Shown here: positions 19,610 through 29,804 of the stretch, piece after piece
How the letters are laid out: each line of letters begins with the position of its first letter
Numbering within the stretch: position 1 is the first letter of the stretch
Program-made: the position numbers and the translations under genes
Assembly: GCA_030648835.1 (NCBI GenBank)
Contig: JAUSGT010000002.1
Span: 309,458 to 373,457, forward strand
DNA length: 64,000 nucleotides
Direction of reading: 5' to 3'
Origin: Candidatus Moraniibacteriota bacterium
Lineage (GTDB): Bacteria > Patescibacteriota > Minisyncoccia > Moranbacterales > UBA1568
Notes under the pieces: generated by a model
Seen by the model: only the letters and a program-made list of their open reading frames with translations
What the model was told of the DNA's origin: nothing
Database searches by the model: none

Positions 19610-19747
19610 AGAGTGGAAAGGTTAATTCTTTCTCATAGAATAACACAAAATCCTTAGAATCTGTATTCGTTACCGAGAAACGAAGAAAGCGCTTTTTACT
19701 CCAGGTAAAAAGCGCTTATTATGAGTCATCTTTTCGATACTCTCTGG

Positions 19748-19999
19748 CTAACGTCTGACAGCCTTGAGAATGGCGATGAGAACGACGGCGCCGACAAGCG
19801 CGACGACAAAGCTCGAAAGGTTGAAACCACTGACGTCCCCACCGAAGCCAAAGAAATTGAAAAGCCAGCTTCCCAAGACAGATCCGACGATGCCGACGAT
19901 GACATTGAGGAGAATGCCTTGTTGCGCGTCAGTATTCATGAGGAGTGACGCTACCCACCCGACGATGCCTCCGAAAATGATATAGACGAGAAAACTCAT
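19748..19999 (-). CDS. GlsB/YeaQ/YmgE (transglycosylase-associated) membrane protein
   Basis: G.IVGW.AS..M, NVIVGIVGS.LG, VALVGAVVL. Confidence 0.88.
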   Translation of the reverse strand: MSFLVYIIFGGIVGWVASLLMNTDAQQGILLNVIVGIVGSVLGSWLFNFFGFGGDVSGFNLSSFVVALVGAVVLIAILKAVRR

Positions 20000-20036
20000 A
20001 TGTTTTGTGATAATTATTATGTATGCTTGAAGTAAA

Positions 20037-20267
20037 CTACTTCTTGATATTGACGTCGATTTTGTCAGGGACAGGGATATTGACAGTCGTTCCGGTATTT
20101 TCACTATTTGCGTTTTGGGAGCCTCGCATAGCAGGCCATCCGTAAATGACGAAAAGAAAAATGACTACGATTGCCACCAAGATGCCGACAATCATTCCCA
20201 TCCCGCTACCTCCATCCGAAGAAGCTGGTGCTGGGTTTGTAGGGGGAGTGTTGATTATAGTTGTCAT
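20037..20267 (-). CDS. Small single-TM protein
   Basis: One TM helix; lies between the YggT-like and GlsB-like genes. Confidence 0.7.
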   Translation of the reverse strand: MTTIINTPPTNPAPASSDGGSGMGMIVGILVAIVVIFLFVIYGWPAMRGSQNANSENTGTTVNIPVPDKIDVNIKK

Positions 20268-20291
20268 AAATTGTGAGTTTAAAAGTTATAC

Positions 20292-20648
20292 TTACTGGTC
20301 CTGCCGATCCAGCTTTACGGCTGCCTCCGGTGTGGAGACGGTCTTTCCCATAACGAGGAGCTTGATGATGCCGAGAGCCACTACCCAATAAACGAACATA
20401 GCCAAGATAGTCGTCCATTCGAAAACGCTGCCTTGAGCCTTTGATACTTTGAATACAGCGACGAAAGGCGCAGCAAATGGCGCTGTTACTGAATAGATGA
20501 AACTGGTGAATCCGGCCCCCGCATTGGCACCGAGCAGTTTCAATACGAGGCGGAAAGCGAGCAATACTTCCACGAGCCCTAGGATGTAATAGACTATCTG
20601 CGTTCCGCGATAGAGCGGCTTGGTGCTGCCTGATGACATGGCATCCAT
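20292..20648 (-). CDS. YggT-family membrane protein
   Basis: LL.FR..LKLLGAN...F..FIY..T.PF..PF pattern. Confidence 0.75.
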   Translation of the reverse strand: MDAMSSGSTKPLYRGTQIVYYILGLVEVLLAFRLVLKLLGANAGAGFTSFIYSVTAPFAAPFVAVFKVSKAQGSVFEWTTILAMFVYWVVALGIIKLLVMGKTVSTPEAAVKLDRQDQ

Positions 20649-20795
20649 ATGTTTGAAGTTAATAATTATGTGTTTACGGTTTCAATAAACTGAATAGAAT
20701 CATGGTTTTATGTCGTTAATGATGATGTATTTATTGCGAACCTTTTGGTACGCATTTAAATGGCCTATTTAAAGTATACTCCTTATCTAAGTTAC

Positions 20796-20840
20796 TTAAC
20801 ATAGTTAAATACATTATAGCAAACATCATAGCCTTGTCAA
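20796..20840 (-). promoter_or_regulatory. Promoter and palindromic operator of the YggT/GlsB-like genes
   Basis: TTGACA-16-TATAAT on the minus strand; TTAAC-N3-GTTAA at 20796-20808. Confidence 0.6.
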
Positions 20841-20844
20841 ACGA

Positions 20845-21276
20845 TTAAGAGGGCTTTTTCCCAAGACTTTTTCCGTTGCGGACAATACCTGTTAAGACTT
20901 CCTTATATACTTCTATCTTTTTGGAAGGAATTCCTCGCAGTATTCTTCCAAGAATTTTTTGAATATCTTTCTCAATTTGAGCGAGCCTCTTTTTTCCCTT
21001 CACAGTAATGTCTACACATTTCACGCGTCTGTCTCGCGAGTGTTTCCCTATGACAATATTCTTCTTATACAAGAGCGTTTTGAGTGTCCGAGTAATCAGT
21101 GGCGTGCGGACAGCCAGTTTTCCTGCGATTTCCGTAACTCGAAGCTCTCCTTCGTCATGCACCAATTCCAAAAGCTTCCACTCCGTATGGGTGGTGCGGT
21201 ACTTGGCAAGAATTGGGTTGTGAAAAGCCTCAAGGGTACGATAGGCCTTCCACTGGAGCAGTCCCGTGCGGCGCAT
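20845..21276 (-). CDS. MarR family regulator
   Basis: wHTH with DRR...ITxKG motif. Confidence 0.88.
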   Translation of the reverse strand: MRRTGLLQWKAYRTLEAFHNPILAKYRTTHTEWKLLELVHDEGELRVTEIAGKLAVRTPLITRTLKTLLYKKNIVIGKHSRDRRVKCVDITVKGKKRLAQIEKDIQKILGRILRGIPSKKIEVYKEVLTGIVRNGKSLGKKPS

Positions 21277-21281
21277 AATGC

Positions 21282-21334
21282 TTAACTTAGTTAAATGATA
21301 TGAGTAGGATACCTCATTATCACAAACCAGTCAA
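21282..21334 (-). promoter_or_regulatory. marR promoter with a second copy of the operator
   Basis: TTGACT-17-TATCCT; TTAAC-N3-GTTAA at 21282-21294. Confidence 0.6.
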
Positions 21335-21356
21335 GCACGTCACTGTGTTGCTTCTA

Positions 21357-21553
21357 TGTAGCCCCAAGGGGAGTTCCGCCTCGCTGTCTTTTGACAGCTT
21401 CGTTGCCCTGGGCAGCGCTGAATGCTCGCTTGCTCACATTCATCGACACTCGCCAGTCTCGCCTACGCTCGAAGGCTCGCACCTGCCCGTCCGACTCCCT
21501 AAAGAATATAAACAAAATTCCCACCCATGAAGATGAGTGGAAATTTTTGTTTG
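21357..21553 (-). repeat. tRNA-tail element on tRNA-Glu
   Basis: 18-bp duplication of the tRNA 3' end (21357-21374 = 21552-21569); anti-T-arm at 21489-21499. Confidence 0.75.
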
Positions 21554-21625
21554 TAGCCCCAAGGGGAGTCGGACCCCTCTTACCAGGATGAAAACCTGGT
21601 GTCCTAACCGATAGACGATGGGGCC
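21554..21625 (-). tRNA. tRNA-Glu(TTC) with atypical T-loop (TCCGAC)
   Basis: Cloverleaf GGCCCCA...TGGGGCTA, anticodon TTC. Confidence 0.9.
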
Positions 21626-21839
21626 CTTTTTCGCTAAAGCTTCATAAGGGCGAAGCCATATCTCTTCCTTGATATAAAGAAAAAGCAGTCTGTCAACTGC
21701 CTTGATATGGTAGCATAAAAACTTGTTTTAGCAAGAGTGAGTCGCATTGCTTTTTTATTGACAAATAAGGTGAGATTTTACATACTGGCGATGCTATCCA
21801 AATGGGTGGCACATTTCAAACAACCGGGAGTAGATACCA

Positions 21840-22139
21840 ATGTCGTTAAATAGGCACAGCCGTATCATTACCTGCTTGCAGGAGGCAGGTGGGACGCTTT
21901 CTTTCCTCGAAGTCATCAAACGTGTTAACGCTTCATCCGGGCGAGATTACACGGAATCCATGATGGCGCTGGACATGAGAGCCCTTTCCTTTGGTGGGTT
22001 GGTCTCTGTCACTGGCCAGGGTGGACAGGCGATGGTTTCCTTGACCGAGGAAGGGAAAATGAAGCAGGTGAATTTCGTTCCGAGTGCATCTGGGCGAGGA
22101 CACAGCAAACCTCACGCGGAACAGCAGACAAACATGTAA
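21840..22139 (+). CDS. Hypothetical protein, possible winged helix
   Basis: Own promoter-like sequence, GGAG SD; VSLTEEG wing-like motif. Confidence 0.55.
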   Translation: MSLNRHSRIITCLQEAGGTLSFLEVIKRVNASSGRDYTESMMALDMRALSFGGLVSVTGQGGQAMVSLTEEGKMKQVNFVPSASGRGHSKPHAEQQTNM

Positions 22140-22201
22140 CCAGCGCGTCCAGCGCGACGCACAACACGAGCGGGAGACCTTTTGAGGAAAGGCTCCCGTT
22201 G

Positions 22202-23473
22202 TTAATTTTCCGAGGCACTATCCGGAAGTTCAAGAGCATTTTCTTTGCAGATTTTGGCGTAGGCGAGGGCACTCGGGCGGACGGTGCGTTTTTGGGTAGC
22301 ATAGTCGATTTCAATTAATCCGAAGCGCGGCCAAAAACCTTTGTCCCATTCGAAATTATCCAGGAGCGACCAATGGAGATAGCCGCGCACGTCGGCACCA
22401 CTTTGGATGGCTGTGTGGAGGGAAGCGAGCGCTTCGCGGATGAAGCGGGGGCGGAGATCGTCGTCGGCATCGGCGAGACCGTTTTCCGTAATATAAATCG
22501 GCTTTCCGTATTTTGTCAGTTCCATAACCGTTTGCCCGAGAGACTGCGGATAAAATTCCCAACCAAAATCCGTTTGGATCTCGTTTTTGTTCTTATTGTA
22601 GCCGCCGGTGATGCGGTGATGATGGTAGTGATTCAAGCCGATGAAATCCTGATGAGCGACAATTTTTTTGAGAAACCAATCATTCCAGAGAGAGTCCGCC
22701 AGTCTTTTAAGCAAGCGGTTCACGAGCGTATTGTCGGTGGCCTCGAACCAGATGTTGTGTTTCGCGACGCCTACCCGGGATTCCGGGAAAATTTTCTTTA
22801 TGACGGCGTAGGCTTTTTTGTGGGCGTCGGCTTGCCGTCGCAACGCCTTGAAGAATGAAAAAATATTTTTCTTTTGGGGCGGCCAGATGCCTTTCATATA
22901 AGCGCCACCGGCAAAGACGTCCGGCTCATTGATGGTTATCCAGTAGTGGATATGCTCTCCGAGAGCCTGGGCTACTTTTTCGGTATAGCGTTCAAAACAA
23001 TCGGGGAAATCTTTATGGAGTACACCTCCTTTTTTTGAAAGCCAGAGAGGGAGGGTGAAATGGAGAAGCGTGACGAATGGCTCGAGACCGCGTTCTCGGA
23101 GCGAGAGAAGGACAACACGGTAATGCTCGATGGCTTTTTCATCGAATCTTCCCTCTTCCGGCTCGATCCGCGACCATTCGATAGAAAAGCGGTGGGCATT
23201 GTGGCCCAGATCTTTCGCGAGATCGAAATCTTCTCGGAAACGATTATAGTGATCGCAAGCGAGGCCGGAAATATAATTTTTGGGGTTCGTCGCTTCTCCC
23301 TCAAATTCCTTCCAATGAGGATTCCAGCGGAAGTCCTTTTCCGATTCGCGCGCCAGGCGCTCGGCATTTGCTTTCTCCCATTCGCTCCAATCGTTGTGTT
23401 GCCCTCCCTCAACTTGATGGGCAGCGGTCGCCGCGCCCCAATAAAATTTTTCAGGAAATTTGAGAATCTTCAT
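22202..23473 (-). CDS. Glycoside hydrolase family 1
   Basis: WGAATAAHQVEG, RFSIEWSRI, TINEP, ITENG, WSLLDNFEW. Confidence 0.95.
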   Translation of the reverse strand: MKILKFPEKFYWGAATAAHQVEGGQHNDWSEWEKANAERLARESEKDFRWNPHWKEFEGEATNPKNYISGLACDHYNRFREDFDLAKDLGHNAHRFSIEWSRIEPEEGRFDEKAIEHYRVVLLSLRERGLEPFVTLLHFTLPLWLSKKGGVLHKDFPDCFERYTEKVAQALGEHIHYWITINEPDVFAGGAYMKGIWPPQKKNIFSFFKALRRQADAHKKAYAVIKKIFPESRVGVAKHNIWFEATDNTLVNRLLKRLADSLWNDWFLKKIVAHQDFIGLNHYHHHRITGGYNKNKNEIQTDFGWEFYPQSLGQTVMELTKYGKPIYITENGLADADDDLRPRFIREALASLHTAIQSGADVRGYLHWSLLDNFEWDKGFWPRFGLIEIDYATQKRTVRPSALAYAKICKENALELPDSASEN

Positions 23474-23832
23474 ATTGTCAGTATAAAAGAATTCAAGCTG
23501 CTTGGGAATACCAGGCAGCTTGATGGGTGTGGGTTCGAGTTTGGCTTAGCCAGGATGATTCGGGTACCGAATCAGGGGTTTCCATTGCTTGCGCAAGTTA
23601 TATGCCCAGATTCAAATGCGGAACCACTATCACCAGCTTTCCCGACTTAGATTCATGAGGTAAACCCCATTTCAGTTTCGGGTGGCTGTTCCACATGCAG
23701 AAGTTTCTCTGCGTGAGGAGTCTCTTTTGATTTCCTCCAAACTCTTACTGACAGAATAGTACGATAGCCAATTTGTGTCAATAGCATTTTGTTGACTTTT
23801 TGGCTCAGAATAGGTATTATTTGAAACATATT

Positions 23833-25527
23833 ATGCAACCATTTTCTTTTCCTGATCCGCGGACGACGGAACCGGCCAAAAGGCGGGCTCAGCGGGCTAT
23901 TGAGATGATTCCAGGACTTCTTACCTGGACGACGCTTTTGGGTATGGTCGTTTTTTCTTTTTTTCTGCCGGTGTGGGCGGCGATTTTTGTGATCGTTTTT
24001 GATATTTACTGGATCCACAAGGCGCTCTACATTTCTCTTTTTTCACTCGCCGGACAGCGTGATGTCGTCGAGGGGAAGCGTATCAATTGGTGGGAGCGTT
24101 GTCAGAATATTGCCCACCCGGAGGAATACAGTGAAATGCTCAAAGAGCGCATCAAAAGTCTCTATGCCGGTATGAAAGAAATGTCTTTTTTCGCCGTGCG
24201 CGATCGCTATACGATGAAGAAAGAGATTCGGCGTTTAAAAAAAATTCAGAGAGAAACGCGGGAACTTTTCTCTCTCAAAGATCAGATTTTGGATTGGCGC
24301 GATATTATTCACGTGGTACTTCTTCCGACAGCCGGGGAGCCGGCGGAAATCATCGAGCCGGCTATTCGGTCGCTGGCAGAGAGCAATTTTCCCAAAGAGC
24401 AGATGATCGTTCTTTTGGCGACGGAAGAGCGCGAGGACTCGAAAACCCGTTTGGCGAAAGTGGAATACCTGAAAAAAAAATTCGGTGGAGTATTCCGTGA
24501 TTTTCTCGTGACGACGCATATCGTGGTGGAAGGAGAATTGAAATGCAAAGCTTCCAACGCCGGATTTGCCGCCCGCGAGCTTATGAAATATCTGGATGAA
24601 CACAACATCGATTACAAGCGGGTGATTTTCTCCAACTTCGATTGTGACAGCGTGGCGCATCGGGAATATTTCGCGGCCCTGACGTACCGCTACATCACCG
24701 ATCCCAAGCGTCTCCAGCGCGCCTATCAGCCTCTCCCGACATATCACAACAATCTCTGGGATACGAACGCCTTCGTGCGTCTCGTGGTGACGGGATCATC
24801 GTTCTGGCATTTGTACCAGAGTACACGGCAGGAAATGGTGACGTTCTCCTCGCATTCGGAGCCGTTCGACACGTTGGTAAAAGTGGGTTTCTGGCCGGTG
24901 AATATGATCAGCGAAGACTCGATCATCTATTGGAAATGTCTCGCTTATTTTCACGGTGATTACAAGGTCCAGCCGATCCATTTGCCGATATCGCTGGACG
25001 CGGTGTTGGCCAGTACGTACTGGAAGACACTGGTCAATCAGTATAAGCAGAAACGGCGCTGGGCGTATGGCATCGAAAATTTTCCGGTGACGATGCGCGC
25101 CGTCTGGCCGGACAAATTGATTTGTCTCCGCACCAAATTGCGGGTGACGTTTGAGATGCTTGAGGGGCACTACTCGTGGGCGACGACGTCTTTTATCCTG
25201 ACTTTCCTAGGTTGGTTGCCGCTTCTTTTCGGTGGGGCAGCTTTTCGAGAAAGCGTGCTTGCACACAATCTTCCATTCATTACCAAAACACTAATGACAT
25301 TGGGGTTGATGGGTTTGTGTATTTCTATCCCGATGTCGCTTTTGTCGTTACCTCCGCGTCCGAAAAAATATCATTGGTCACGACATTTTCTTATGTTGTT
25401 TCAATGGATACTTATTCCGCTGGTTGGATTCCTTTCGGCCTTTCCGGCGGTCGACTCGCAGACACGTATCCTTCTCGGCAAGTACTTTGGTGAATTCTGG
25501 GTAACGGAGAAAATGCGTAAGGGCTAG
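23833..25527 (+). CDS. Membrane glycosyltransferase family 2
   Basis: KA.N, DCD, SED and QxxRW motifs flanked by TM helices. Confidence 0.85.
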   Translation: MQPFSFPDPRTTEPAKRRAQRAIEMIPGLLTWTTLLGMVVFSFFLPVWAAIFVIVFDIYWIHKALYISLFSLAGQRDVVEGKRINWWERCQNIAHPEEYSEMLKERIKSLYAGMKEMSFFAVRDRYTMKKEIRRLKKIQRETRELFSLKDQILDWRDIIHVVLLPTAGEPAEIIEPAIRSLAESNFPKEQMIVLLATEEREDSKTRLAKVEYLKKKFGGVFRDFLVTTHIVVEGELKCKASNAGFAARELMKYLDEHNIDYKRVIFSNFDCDSVAHREYFAALTYRYITDPKRLQRAYQPLPTYHNNLWDTNAFVRLVVTGSSFWHLYQSTRQEMVTFSSHSEPFDTLVKVGFWPVNMISEDSIIYWKCLAYFHGDYKVQPIHLPISLDAVLASTYWKTLVNQYKQKRRWAYGIENFPVTMRAVWPDKLICLRTKLRVTFEMLEGHYSWATTSFILTFLGWLPLLFGGAAFRESVLAHNLPFITKTLMTLGLMGLCISIPMSLLSLPPRPKKYHWSRHFLMLFQWILIPLVGFLSAFPAVDSQTRILLGKYFGEFWVTEKMRKG

Positions 25528-25692
25528 CATGAGGAAGAGAGAATCAGGAATGAAGAGAAGTGTAATGAAACGGATTGATATCCGTCTCAATATATAGTTG
25601 GTTTTTGCGGCGGGAGCCTGTTGTGAGGGTGGCTCGGGTTGTTTTTTGTGGCAAAGGAGAAAAAAGGGAGATTAATATGATATTCATTGTAC

Positions 25693-26292
25693 ATGGAGAC
25701 GCTCATCGTTTTTCAAAATATTCTTATCGGCAACGCGCTTGCTTTCCTGGTGCTTATTCCGACCACTTCCTTATTTATTGATATGGGATTCGTCCTGAAG
25801 GGAGTGCTATACACAATTTCGTTTGGCGCCGTCTTTTTGGTTATGCTCGTGCGTCCATTGGCGGATATTTTTACCGAGCAGCTGTGGCTCCGCCGTCTGG
25901 TGATCTTGCGCAAAGGACTGGGCATCTTGTCGGCGTCAATCATTGTCGGTTTTATGCTCTCGGCTATCATTGCCCCGGAGTCTATTTATTCGCAATCTCT
26001 TTTTACGGTAGATTTCTATTCTTTCGATAACTATCGTTTTTTCGCGCATATCGGAGATATCTCAGGCTTCATCCTTCTCATCACATCAAACATATTTTCC
26101 CAAAAACTTCTCAAGCGGAATTGGAAGCGTATACAGAGGCTTTCCTATGTGTATTTCTATGCTGGTGGCATCTATGAGGCGTTTGCCCTCAAGAGTATGT
26201 TTGCCTTTTACGCTTTGTTAATTGTTACCGCTCTGACCACACTAGCGTGGGCTGCTAAAATCTTGCGCAGGAATCTCGTCTTGGGTAGTTAA
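25693..26292 (+). CDS. Ferric reductase-like (MsrQ/YedZ-like) membrane protein
   Basis: RK.LG, L.ITSN, WKRIQRLSY pattern; few heme-ligand histidines visible. Confidence 0.65.
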   Translation: METLIVFQNILIGNALAFLVLIPTTSLFIDMGFVLKGVLYTISFGAVFLVMLVRPLADIFTEQLWLRRLVILRKGLGILSASIIVGFMLSAIIAPESIYSQSLFTVDFYSFDNYRFFAHIGDISGFILLITSNIFSQKLLKRNWKRIQRLSYVYFYAGGIYEAFALKSMFAFYALLIVTALTTLAWAAKILRRNLVLGS

Positions 26293-26392
26293 AAATCAAG
26301 AAAAAGAAGAAAATCAAAACCCGCCTCTGATTGATATTCCAATCATTGGCGGGCTGGAGTTAAGAGGGACGAAAAAGTGCGCGCGTTTGTTG

Positions 26393-26752
26393 TCAGTAGC
26401 CGAATCTGGGGCGCCATGGTCGCCATTCTGGTACCGGTTCGGCGGCGATGCGCGCAAATCTTGCGGCCTCTTCTGCTTCTCTGACCTTTCTGTTTTCCGC
26501 GTTTTCTCTTTCTCGGATGCAGACAGTACAGGTGCCGGCTCCTTTGCACCGGCAGTCGCGCATCCACCCATTCGGATGTACAGGCTTTGGTTTTGGGGAG
26601 ACACCTGCCAGACTGGCGTATTTGTTCACGCTGTGATGAGTGACATTGTTATTGGATCTCTTTCTTTTTTGTCCGCTCGTGTGCCTCACTTGCGATTCGA
26701 AGGTTTTCCCGCCGCCTTTGCGCTTCTGTTGCCCCGATAGCACCTTGCTCAT
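26393..26752 (-). CDS. Hypothetical basic protein with CxC...CxxC motif
   Basis: GAGG-containing SD; CRCKGAGTCTVC. Confidence 0.5.
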   Translation of the reverse strand: MSKVLSGQQKRKGGGKTFESQVRHTSGQKRKRSNNNVTHHSVNKYASLAGVSPKPKPVHPNGWMRDCRCKGAGTCTVCIRERENAENRKVREAEEAARFARIAAEPVPEWRPWRPRFGY

Positions 26753-26854
26753 TGTTGTCCCCTCGTTGTGATGTTAACGGAAAAAAGACGAATAAATAAT
26801 TTTTTAAAAAGCAATATAGTATTGTCAGCCTTTCTTTTCAAAAAGTCAAATTTA

Positions 26855-26933
26855 TCCAGCACCTTCTAAAATACCCCGTGGTCTTGTCACGGGGATGAAC
26901 GGGAATACAAATCCTTGCGGTGAAGATGCTGGA
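26855..26933. mobile_element. MITE-like element at the recG stop codon
   Basis: TIR TCCAGCACCTTC/GAAGATGCTGGA; TTTA duplicated at 26851-54 and 26934-37. Confidence 0.65.
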
Positions 26934-26934
26934 T

Positions 26935-29022
26935 TTACTCCAAGTGAATCTGTTCCTCGAATTTTTGGAGAGCATCTTTGAGGAGCGGGTGATCGACAAG
27001 GAGAGCATCTTCGGAAAGGATGAGCTTGGCTTCCTCACGGGCAATCTGAATAAGTTTCATATTGGTGAGGTTTTCCATCGCGATATCCGGCATGCCTGAT
27101 TGGCGCGTGCCGAAGAACGCTCCCGGACCGCGGATACCGAGATCGGCCTCGGCAATTGTGAAACCATTGGTGGTTTTTTCGAGAATTTTCAATCTTTCGT
27201 TTATCGATTGAGCTTCTTGATGTGGAAACAGGAAACAGTATGATTGGTGTTCGGCGCGACCGACGCGTCCGCGGAATTGATGTAGTTGGGCCAGTCCGAA
27301 ACGCTCGGCCTCCTCGATAATAATAATGCTGGCGTTGGGAACATTGATACCGACTTCGACGACCGCGGTGGCAACGAGAATATCGTATTTTTTCTCCTGA
27401 AAATCGCGCATTACTTCTTCTTTTTCTTTTGCCTTCAATCTGCCGTGGAGCAAGCCTATTTTCAAATGCGGAAAAACTTCTTCTTCGAGGCGTTTATGTT
27501 CCGCCACCGCCGCCTTGATTTCTTTGAGAGCCAACGATTCTTCAACGAGTGGGAAAATGATGAAAGCCTGGCGGCCTTTGGCAATTTCACTCCGCACCAG
27601 TGCGTATGTTTTTTCGCGCTCACTGTTACTTGCGGCGATGCGGGTGATAATCGGTTTGCGGTCTTTGGGGAGCTCATCGAGAAGTGAGAGATCGAGATTA
27701 CCGAAAAACGCCAGCGTTAGCGTGCGTGGGATGGGGGTGGCTGTCATACTCAAGAAATGCGGCACTATTTCTTTCGATTCATCAAGACTTGTATATGAGA
27801 GCTCTTGCAATCGCGCTCTCTGTGAGACGCCGAAGCGATGCTGTTCATCCACAACGATGAGAGCCAGGTTGTCGAAAGCGACATCGTTTTGAAGGAGGGC
27901 GTGGGTACCGACGATGATTTTTGGGATGCCGGCGCTGATGGCTTTGAGAAGGGTCGGGCGTGTCACGGTTGTGCCACCAAAGATTCGATAACTGCCGGTG
28001 AAAAGGGTGATATCATGTTGTGTCTCTCTAAAGATTTTGGAGAGGCTTTCGAAGTGTTGTCTCGCCAGGACTTCGGTCGGAGCGAGTATAGCGGTCTGTA
28101 AACCGTTTTCTGCGGCAACAAAAGCGGCTATGGCTGCGACGATAGTTTTTCCTGACCCAACATCACCATTCAAGAGTCGGTTCATCGGGCGTGTTTTTTT
28201 CAGATCGGCGAGGATTTCCGTGCTGGCTTTCTTTTGGGCATTGGTGAGAGTGAAGGGGAATGTGGCTATGAATTTTTTGAGCGCGGTTTCATCACAAGTA
28301 AGAGGATTCCCTCTGGCCGTTTCAAAAAGCGCCTTTACCTGTAAAGCTTTGAGCTGGACGAAGAACATTTCATCAAAAGCAAAGCGTTTGCGCGCCAAGA
28401 GAGCGAACTTCTCGCTTTTGGGGAAGTGAATATAGAAGAGAGCTTGTTTGAGGGAAGGTAGATGGAGACGATCAAGGATTTCTTCCGGTACGGGGTCGGG
28501 GAATTGCGCGAGTTTTTGGAAAATGCCGGTCAATTGCCAGCGAAAAAATCTGGAGGTCAGGCCGGAAGTTTCCGGATAGACAGGTACGAGGCGACCGGTG
28601 TGGGTGGCATCGCGCTCGCTTCGCTCAAAGGCGGGGTTTTGCATGATGAGTCCATCGCGGTCACGGCTCACCTTCCCGCTGACGCGGATTTGCATATCCG
28701 ATTTCAGAGTTTGCGCGACGAAGCGCTGGTTGAACCAGATGAGACGAATCTGTCCGCTTTCATCTACGAGTGTCGCTTCGGTGAGCAGCATTTTTTTCTT
28801 CCAGGTGCGACCGGCTTTGATGTCTGTCACTGTTCCGACGAGCGTGCATTTTTCGTCGGGTATGAGGGAATCGATGGGGTGGATTTCCGTGTAATCCTCG
28901 TAGCGATGCGGGAAATGATACAACATATCGCGCACGCTGAAAATTTCCAGACGCTGTAGTTTTCCGAGCGTCAGTTTTTTGATGGAAGGAATGTTCGCGA
29001 GCGGGGTATCGAAAGTAAACAT
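26935..29022 (-). CDS. recG: ATP-dependent DNA helicase RecG
   Basis: GDVGSGKT, DEQHRFGV.QR, MTATPIPRTL, QLHQFRGRVGR, RGPG..FG.RQSG. Confidence 0.97.
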   Translation of the reverse strand: MFTFDTPLANIPSIKKLTLGKLQRLEIFSVRDMLYHFPHRYEDYTEIHPIDSLIPDEKCTLVGTVTDIKAGRTWKKKMLLTEATLVDESGQIRLIWFNQRFVAQTLKSDMQIRVSGKVSRDRDGLIMQNPAFERSERDATHTGRLVPVYPETSGLTSRFFRWQLTGIFQKLAQFPDPVPEEILDRLHLPSLKQALFYIHFPKSEKFALLARKRFAFDEMFFVQLKALQVKALFETARGNPLTCDETALKKFIATFPFTLTNAQKKASTEILADLKKTRPMNRLLNGDVGSGKTIVAAIAAFVAAENGLQTAILAPTEVLARQHFESLSKIFRETQHDITLFTGSYRIFGGTTVTRPTLLKAISAGIPKIIVGTHALLQNDVAFDNLALIVVDEQHRFGVSQRARLQELSYTSLDESKEIVPHFLSMTATPIPRTLTLAFFGNLDLSLLDELPKDRKPIITRIAASNSEREKTYALVRSEIAKGRQAFIIFPLVEESLALKEIKAAVAEHKRLEEEVFPHLKIGLLHGRLKAKEKEEVMRDFQEKKYDILVATAVVEVGINVPNASIIIIEEAERFGLAQLHQFRGRVGRAEHQSYCFLFPHQEAQSINERLKILEKTTNGFTIAEADLGIRGPGAFFGTRQSGMPDIAMENLTNMKLIQIAREEAKLILSEDALLVDHPLLKDALQKFEEQIHLE

Positions 29023-29174
29023 ACGTTCAGTATACCACCTGCAAAAACCGTTTTTAGATAAAAAAAGCCGATACTAAACACGCGCGTGCTAGTATCGGCA
29101 AATGCCAAGAAGGAGAAATTAACTTGGCAGCGAAGTTGAGGGTTTAAAGAAACGTACTGAGTTGAATCAGCGGC

Positions 29175-29525
29175 TTAACGTATGGAAGCCGGCCGCCAGC
29201 GGGTTTTTTCCAACCGGGTCATTCGAAGCGCCGTTTTCTTGGGCGGTTTGACCGGGGTAACTTCCCCAATATCGAGGTATTGCAAGTTGGCAAGAATATG
29301 AAACTCCGTCAGACCCTGGGATTTTCCCATTCTCGTTAACAGGATCCGCCGGTTTCCCACATCCAAAGCCAGATGGGGGCGATCCCGGTGTGTTGCGTTA
29401 AATTTCCGTTGAAGTGTCCGAAGAGATCCCGCATGGCCATTGATCGGCTCACGGCTCTCAACCTCAGCCACGACAGATTTTCCTTCAGGGTTTATCTTAA
29501 CTTTCTTCACGCTAAACTGAGACAT
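29175..29525 (-). CDS. Hypothetical protein
   Basis: AAGGA SD; TTGACA-17-TATAAA promoter at 29592-29620. Confidence 0.6.
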   Translation of the reverse strand: MSQFSVKKVKINPEGKSVVAEVESREPINGHAGSLRTLQRKFNATHRDRPHLALDVGNRRILLTRMGKSQGLTEFHILANLQYLDIGEVTPVKPPKKTALRMTRLEKTRWRPASIR

Positions 29526-29620
29526 GTTTTTCCTTTTGTTTGAAGTTCACCTTTTTATCTTTTAGCCCTCTTATTGTTAAACAACATTGTCTTTATATCA
29601 GTAAAGGGGTGTTCTGTCAA

Positions 29621-29762
29621 CCCCGCGCCTATTTTGCCGCTATTAGCATATCTTGTGTTTACAAATACCATTCGTTTTATTGAAATGACGGTGCTGGTCC
29701 GAATAGGACCGGGCTATTCGCCCGCGCACCGTACCTAAGGCAACGGCAAAATAGGTGCGGGG
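29621..29762. mobile_element. MITE, 142 bp
   Basis: TIR CCCCGCGCCTATTTTGCC/GGCAAAATAGGTGCGGGG; TCAA duplication; homologous (inverted) to 41623-41765. Confidence 0.8.
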
Positions 29763-29804
29763 TCAATCCCCGCCTCAGGGGGATTATTCTACCATCAAAA
29801 GCAA

